A stretch of 55,658 nucleotides of DNA, filler included, from Sphacelaria rigidula (lineage: Eukaryota): NCBI GenBank assembly GCA_964200075.2. It is 5 parts of 5 records of this genome, joined end to end, with 100 filler letters (N's around TTAATTAATTAA, not from the genome) between each part and the next. Parts side by side here need not be neighbours in the genome. Positions count along the whole stretch, not along the records: positions 44,610 to 55,658 come from CAXNAA020005474.1; 4 more parts are not named here. The stretch is one strand, 5' to 3'. The number at the start of each line of letters is the position of its first letter. The stretch's first letter is position 1. Under the pieces are notes generated by a model. That model searched no databases, was not told the origin of the DNA, and was given only the letters and a program-made list of their open reading frames with translations. Positions 49,930 through 55,658 of this stretch are shown piece by piece. The translations under genes were made by a program, and so were the position numbers.

Positions 49930-50399
49930 GTATGTCCCGCTGGCGTGACCTTATGGGTTGCGCTTTTCCTCTTCTTTCCTTTTTCAACGAATTTGTAAAG
50001 CGTCCTCGTCAACCAACTTATAACTTCATCTTCTGATGTCTCTGTCGGATCATGAAACATCTCTGTCTCATCCAGGCTGCGGTAAACACTGTGTGCCGAA
50101 GCAAACAAAAAGCGCATTTGATGTATATATATACGTTTTCTTCAATATGTGGAGACCACATATATGAGAGTAATGGACACCAAAATACACGTGTACGCCG
50201 GGAAACAGTATCAGGAACGGGGTCCGCCAGTGACATACATGAGCGGACTCGAAACGTTCAAGCCTGTAAAGCTGGATCTTTGGTAACCTAGGCAACGGAT
50301 TGTCCGCTAGTAAGAGCTCGGAACAATACAGTAGAGCCACCGGATAAACCCTGGTTAAACGTTGCTGGTACTCCCGTACCGGCTCGTTCAGTTGTTCTT

Positions 50400-53300
50400 G
50401 CCTACGATCGGTCACGGCCACACCCTTGCCTATATGATAAGAGAAATAATTACGCTTCGCTCTGGAGGTACTTCGGGAGCAGGGTACGACAACGTTCTTC
50501 TTCGAGACCCGTAGCTCTACTGCCTCACCCCTAGCGAAGCCTAGTTCACAGTGGCGTCAACGAAGAGATTTTAACCTACGCGTGCAGAGCACGTTGACTT
50601 ACGCGTGCGGAGCACATTGACTTAACGATAGCGACATCATCCGAAACGAGGAACCAAGGAGCGCTACATCAGGTGAAACGCACGAGTCATGCGTGCACAG
50701 TATTCGAGTTGAGAGGGTTGTAGGAGTCAGCGGAACGCGAAATTAGCCTCCAGTATGCATTTTATGTCATCAGCAGGGCTAGCCAAACAGCGAAGCCGCA
50801 CTTATCAACCCACCTCCCACCACCATAGTGCAAGAGGCATGGCAGTCAATCAAGCAGACCGACCTCTGGAAACGCGATGACTCGAAATCGTACAAACAAA
50901 ATTCTTCCCAACCTGCGAACGCACTACCTTGTCATAGCCTACCATTTAGCAAGCGAAATAATAGGGTATGTTGGACGGTCGTGCCGAATCTCAGCTCACA
51001 TGTTGAGAGGAGTTGCAAACGGCAGATAGTTCATTTCTTCACGTCTCAGAGCGTATGCAATGGTGAAAACGTACCAACCCTCAAGTGAAAGATATCGGAG
51101 AGAATCGTTTTTTTTTAGTCAGCACAGTAACTCTTCCGGTGAGGCACCAGTACAGCCCCCAGTTGTGACGTGAAAGTACACAAGGATAAAGCAGAAGCTG
51201 AACAAGAGCAACCCAGGTCGGAAAAGGAGTGCGGTGAATAATAGAACCAGTCTCCGTACTTGGAGTTCATTCCTAAGCAGCCTTTATAACAGCCGTGGAA
51301 ATGCGATACACCGGACACGAGTCCGAAATCGTCGATATGAAGCTCATTTTTGTTGAGACTCATATCATGTTGCATTGTACGCGGTACCCCAAGGGATCGG
51401 TAACGTTATCTCTCACGTTGACACCCTGCCGCCAGAAAACACAACAATGCTATAAGCAGTTGCTGTTGATTGCTAATCGGAACTGCCCATACTCCCTCTA
51501 AAAGACCCTCTGGTCACATTCTAGGTAGATGTAGTACCTGGATAGATCTGCATCTTTAACCGGAACAATTACCGTTCAACACCGAGAAGGGTGATTTGCT
51601 TGCAATGCAATAGCCTTTTCAGTGAGATCCTCGGCGAAGTCTCACCAAGAGGTAGCGACTGTATATGGCAGAATCAAGCAGAAGCTCAAAGTGAGCAAGA
51701 CAAGTCGAAAGATTGTGCAGTGTAGACAGCGTTTGTACGGAGAGTGTTCCGCAAGCAGCGTTCATAGCTCAACCGTCATGTAATATCAATGCAAAACACC
51801 GAAATATCAACACTTGGAAGCATTCCACTTTCCACATGTCATCGTTAGCGCGGTACCCGAAGGGACCTGTAACGATACATCCGGCTTCGGTAAGAGTCCA
51901 GGTACAAAGTAGAACAAACGACAGTGCTGTGCAGGCACTGACGAATGGTCCATTTCAGACCTGCTGATCATCAGCCAAGAGTTCATGCGTTCGCACCGTG
52001 CTCTGAGCACGGCGGACATCTAACCAGCCCACGGTTAGGACGAATAAAATCGTGATTTACCTCATATTCATCATTTCAACGAATAATCGTGTCATTCGTA
52101 CATGGTTCGTAATTTCTACAGGTTTTGAGGTCGTGGCTGGTGCATGACATCGTGGAAGATACCTCTTTCCTACCTTCCGTTTATATGGGGTAAATCATGG
52201 GCACATATTCATCCCCTGTGCAAAATGTGGAAATTAACCGGTGGTACAAAATCCCACTCTTCATTTCATGATGCGTGAATGGGATGTACATGTAGAACGT
52301 GTGTGGTTCGTGCCAAGACGAAGAGTCGGCACATGGTTGGGTCCTCTACTTTCATAGGCCTTGAATCAGGCGTACTTTTTTCCCATCTGTAATGCAATTG
52401 AGGTGACTGTACTGCATATGTAATCCACCTTCGGGTTAATGCAGGACCAACAGTCGGCATATGGTTGGATCCTCTCATTTCATGGGGAGTCGACCCGTAT
52501 AAATCGTGATTTGTCCCGACTGTGAACCAGTCCCAAGCAGATCTTTGGATCTTACAAGCACGGACAACTCACCCATCAGCAGTAGTCAGTTCCATTCGTT
52601 TCGACCTCACGTTTGAAAAAACAACCCTGCCGGTTGAAGCATTTGTTTTACGAGATCTGGGTCCCGACTACATGCTGATCGATAATTCACTGATGCGAGC
52701 ATTTGGAGACGTTTTGGACGGGGCAGCCGAAACATTATCGTTCCGAAATTCTAATTTTAGTATCAAAGCTACACACAAGAGACGGAACGAGCGAACTAAT
52801 TCTACACGCAAGGGACATGACACATGTTTCTTTATCAGTAGAAACTGCGGGCATAACATGTCCCAATATTTCTCAGAAACACAATGTATTGTCCCCCCTA
52901 CAACTGAGATGGCTCTTCATGTAGAGTTCGGAAATGATTTGTCTAACCATTAACCAGTTGAATAGTTACGCGTAGCGCACTCATTAACTAGTTGAATGGT
53001 ACATATTGGTTTGTTCATCGAGAGGCGCAGCCGCGAGCCAAAAAGCCCCCCTCGGCAAAGGGGCCCCGCCGGAGGCGCCATGCGGGTGGCACGTTCTTAC
53101 GTGATTTTGCTTCACTAGAGCCAAAAAAAACGTGAAATTGGGGGCAATTTTCAAGGGCTATATGTAGCATATGTAGCCGGTAACGGATTACAAAGCCGGG
53201 AACGGATAATAATGGTTTGAAACCATTTTCCCAATTTTTTATATAACCATTACGATTATTACCATTATAATAATAATGGCTAGTTATAACTGGTACCATT

Positions 53301-55495
53301 TCCGAGCTCGATCTTCATGTCAACTCGGATGGACCAATGAGGCTGGTGAGGGATGACGTGTCTGGCGACTGCACGAAACAGTGGCGTGTTGCTAAAAATC
53401 CGCGTATGTAACCGCAGGGTTATGACAAAGACCGATAGTTCCAATCTACTTTCAGGTGCAGGGTGCGTATTAGGTGGTGTACATCTAATGTAGCAAGCAG
53501 TATGGGTCGTGGTAAAGAGCTTCCAACAGGATACGGCGACCGGCGGGCTGCCCGCCACTTGTGGCTTTGAATGATACTTTTGTCCCCTTCACCTTGCCAC
53601 ACAGCCCTTTGTGGTCGGGGTGGGCCGCCACTTTCCACCTTGTTGCATGCGGCAAGTTCTCTTCGAACGGTATTAGCGTTGCGGCGCGCATGCATACAAC
53701 AGTGTAGTACAGTACAGTCTAGTACGCCTCACCAACGGAAGCTGAAGCTGCCGCTACACACTCCCTTGCACGTTTTGGGCAATTCTCAGCTACCGGAATC
53801 AGCTGCCTATATACAGCTTTGCCATCCCCGTCAACAACACACATGTGGACTGCACACTGCAAGTCATCCGCAGAGGGATACGCAGAGTTCGTGAAGGTAG
53901 CTCCTTTTGTCTTTTCACAACCCACCTGGATTTCGTGCCTCGTGAAAATGACCACATGGTGGCATGTACACTCCTTCCTGGTTTTTTCCGGTCTACCCTG
54001 TGTTAGTGTAAATTACTACGTTTTAGTGTAGAATTGGGACCCAAGAAACACTCCGGAAAAACTCGGGAACGGTATACTGAGTGCGAGTAATACCATAAAA
54101 ACAAGTTGCGACCACCCTGCACTTAGAAACCTGGGGAGGCTTCTCTGGGCCAGGGATAAGGCCCCCACACGATCTTTGCAACGGCATCACACTCGACAAC
54201 AATCCCCGCGCCGGTCGTTCGGGTCTGGTCGATAAATTGCGCCTCGCTATGATCGGGCAGATCGTTCGAAGACTTATTTTTTATTTTTACACTAACACAG
54301 GGTCAACCCTGTATTAGTGGGGGTCCGGTCCCAAAAGGGTTAATGGAGCCGCGCATAGTCACCGAACAGGATGTTCAATATTTGTGGACGTGCCATCAGT
54401 TTCAAACGTCCGACCGTGGCACGCAATTTGTACATGGTCAAAGGTGAATAAGACAGCTATGGTTCAGGTAGCCAATCCATCCACCAGGAACGCCCGTATT
54501 GAGCGAAACACTCTGTTAGGATACACTGCACTTGCATAAGAGATCCGAGGAGTGGAAACGACAAACACAAGCAGTGCAGCCGTCGAAGAAAAAAAACCGT
54601 CAAGATTTGGAAAAGGCGTCCAAAATGCCTTTGCAGGCCGCACATTTTTCGCAGGAACAGAGGGACCAAGTCCTAGATCTGTGTACTAAATAGCGGACAG
54701 TCTTTCCGTTTTTACGGCAGGAGTTAGGGTGCTGCAGGATAGGTGAAGCTAAAATGTCCACTCCAACCGGTCACACAACCAGTCAACATACTACCCTACA
54801 GGGCCAACCTAAGGGTACAAGAAGTCATCGACAAGTGTGTATACGACACGAAATCCTCGGCTGGAGTGCCTTGTAAATACGTCATTTCCGTGATGGATCA
54901 TCAGACGCGCTATGCACTTTTTATCCCGACTCTGAAAAAGTCAGCCATTACGAAGGGACAGATGCTAGTTGAGGGAGTCTTAACAACATTGGGCATTCCG
55001 GAAAAGTTGACTATGATCAAGACAGGGACTTTGAGAATCGAGTAATTTATCAGCTACAGACGATGCTGTAAACTGAGAACACTCGCACGACTCCGTTCAG
55101 ACCTCAAGGCAACGCAGTTTCAGAGCGGATACACTCAAATCTACACCCTATGCTGGCAATGCGCAGTTCAGTCAAACACGAAAACCAGGCTACCACGCGT
55201 GCAAATGGTGTTATCTTTTTCAAAGTATCGCCAGTAGTATACGAAGTAAAGTTGGACAACGACGCAAAACAAACGTCGGTACACTTGGCTTAATGGAAAA
55301 AAGTACTATTGACCCGTAGGAGAAAGCAACGGCGCCCGATTTTGATCGACTTGCCGACTTTTTCTTAGAGAAAAGATTGCCTTTTCCAGAGGCTGTTCGT
55401 CCAGATGCAGCACAACCGAGAATCAAATGCTACAGCGTTGGCAAGGTGATGCGATATAAACGAGGCCCAGGGCGGACAAGCGACCTCAGCTAACA
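50400..55495 (+). mobile_element. Degenerate, internally deleted Ty3/Gypsy element with later insertions
   Basis: Protease-like VEAFVLRDLGPDYMLIDNSLMRAFG (52522-52953); RT start PVNILPYRANLRVQEVIDKCV; integrase KYVISVMDHQTRYA..GIPEKL and RTTPFRPQGNAVSERIH. 5' boundary approximate. Confidence 0.7.
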
Positions 55496-55504
55496 GCCGA
55501 TCAT

Positions 55505-55658
55505 CGAATTTGAGGATGGGGCTTTTCATTGAGGATGAGAACCCGGAGGATTAAAATTCTCGTATCCACATAAAATCTTCGAAACATGGTTCCATTCCCT
55601 CACCTACTGGTAACTATTAACAGCCGATTTTAAATTTTGGGGTTCATACAAAATATGG
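55505..55658 (+). mobile_element. Truncated second copy of the foldback MITE at 13213-13612
   Basis: ttcatt..ggatgagaa.cccggaggatt.aaat..tcgtatccaca..aaatc...gaaa..tggttccatt.c.tcacctact shared with 13232-13335. Confidence 0.8.

Noticed and set aside
53000..54400. Host gene inside the Gypsy remnant
   Set aside because: Only short ORFs with no recognisable domain or consistent splice pattern; probably a nested TE fragment.
1..55658. A functional cluster linking TRRAP, the glycosyltransferase, the TIR-like gene and the Pmp-like gene
   Set aside because: The genes lie on separate, artificially concatenated contigs.

Overview
Eukaryotic, intron-rich, repeat-rich DNA. It most resembles a brown alga (Phaeophyceae, Ectocarpus-like); this is inferred from gene structure, transposon types and an Ectocarpus-type Pmp-like gene. 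The window is not one locus. It is five ~11.05 kb contigs (1-11054, 11155-22206, 22307-33358, 33459-44509, 44610-55658) joined in decreasing size by identical 100-nt N44-TTAATTAATTAA-N44 linkers, so neighbourhood across linkers is meaningless. Hand-spliced genes: the 5' end of TRRAP/Tra1 (5 exons, minus) head-to-head with an LRRC40-like first exon; a GT31/C1GALT1-like glycosyltransferase (6 exons, minus) whose DDD motif reads NEH; an 8-exon gene with a TIR/HET-like domain and a ~900-aa low-complexity tail; and two exons of a Pmp/adhesin-like gene. The rest is decayed Copia, Gypsy, MULE and pogo-like remnants, an RTE LINE carrying a tRNA-derived head, SINEs, foldback MITEs and microsatellites. 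Best novelty candidates are the TIR/HET-like disordered protein, the tRNA-head/RTE chimera with its shared 3' tail motif, and the DxD-less GT31 protein. All family calls are from motif recognition by eye, not from database searches.
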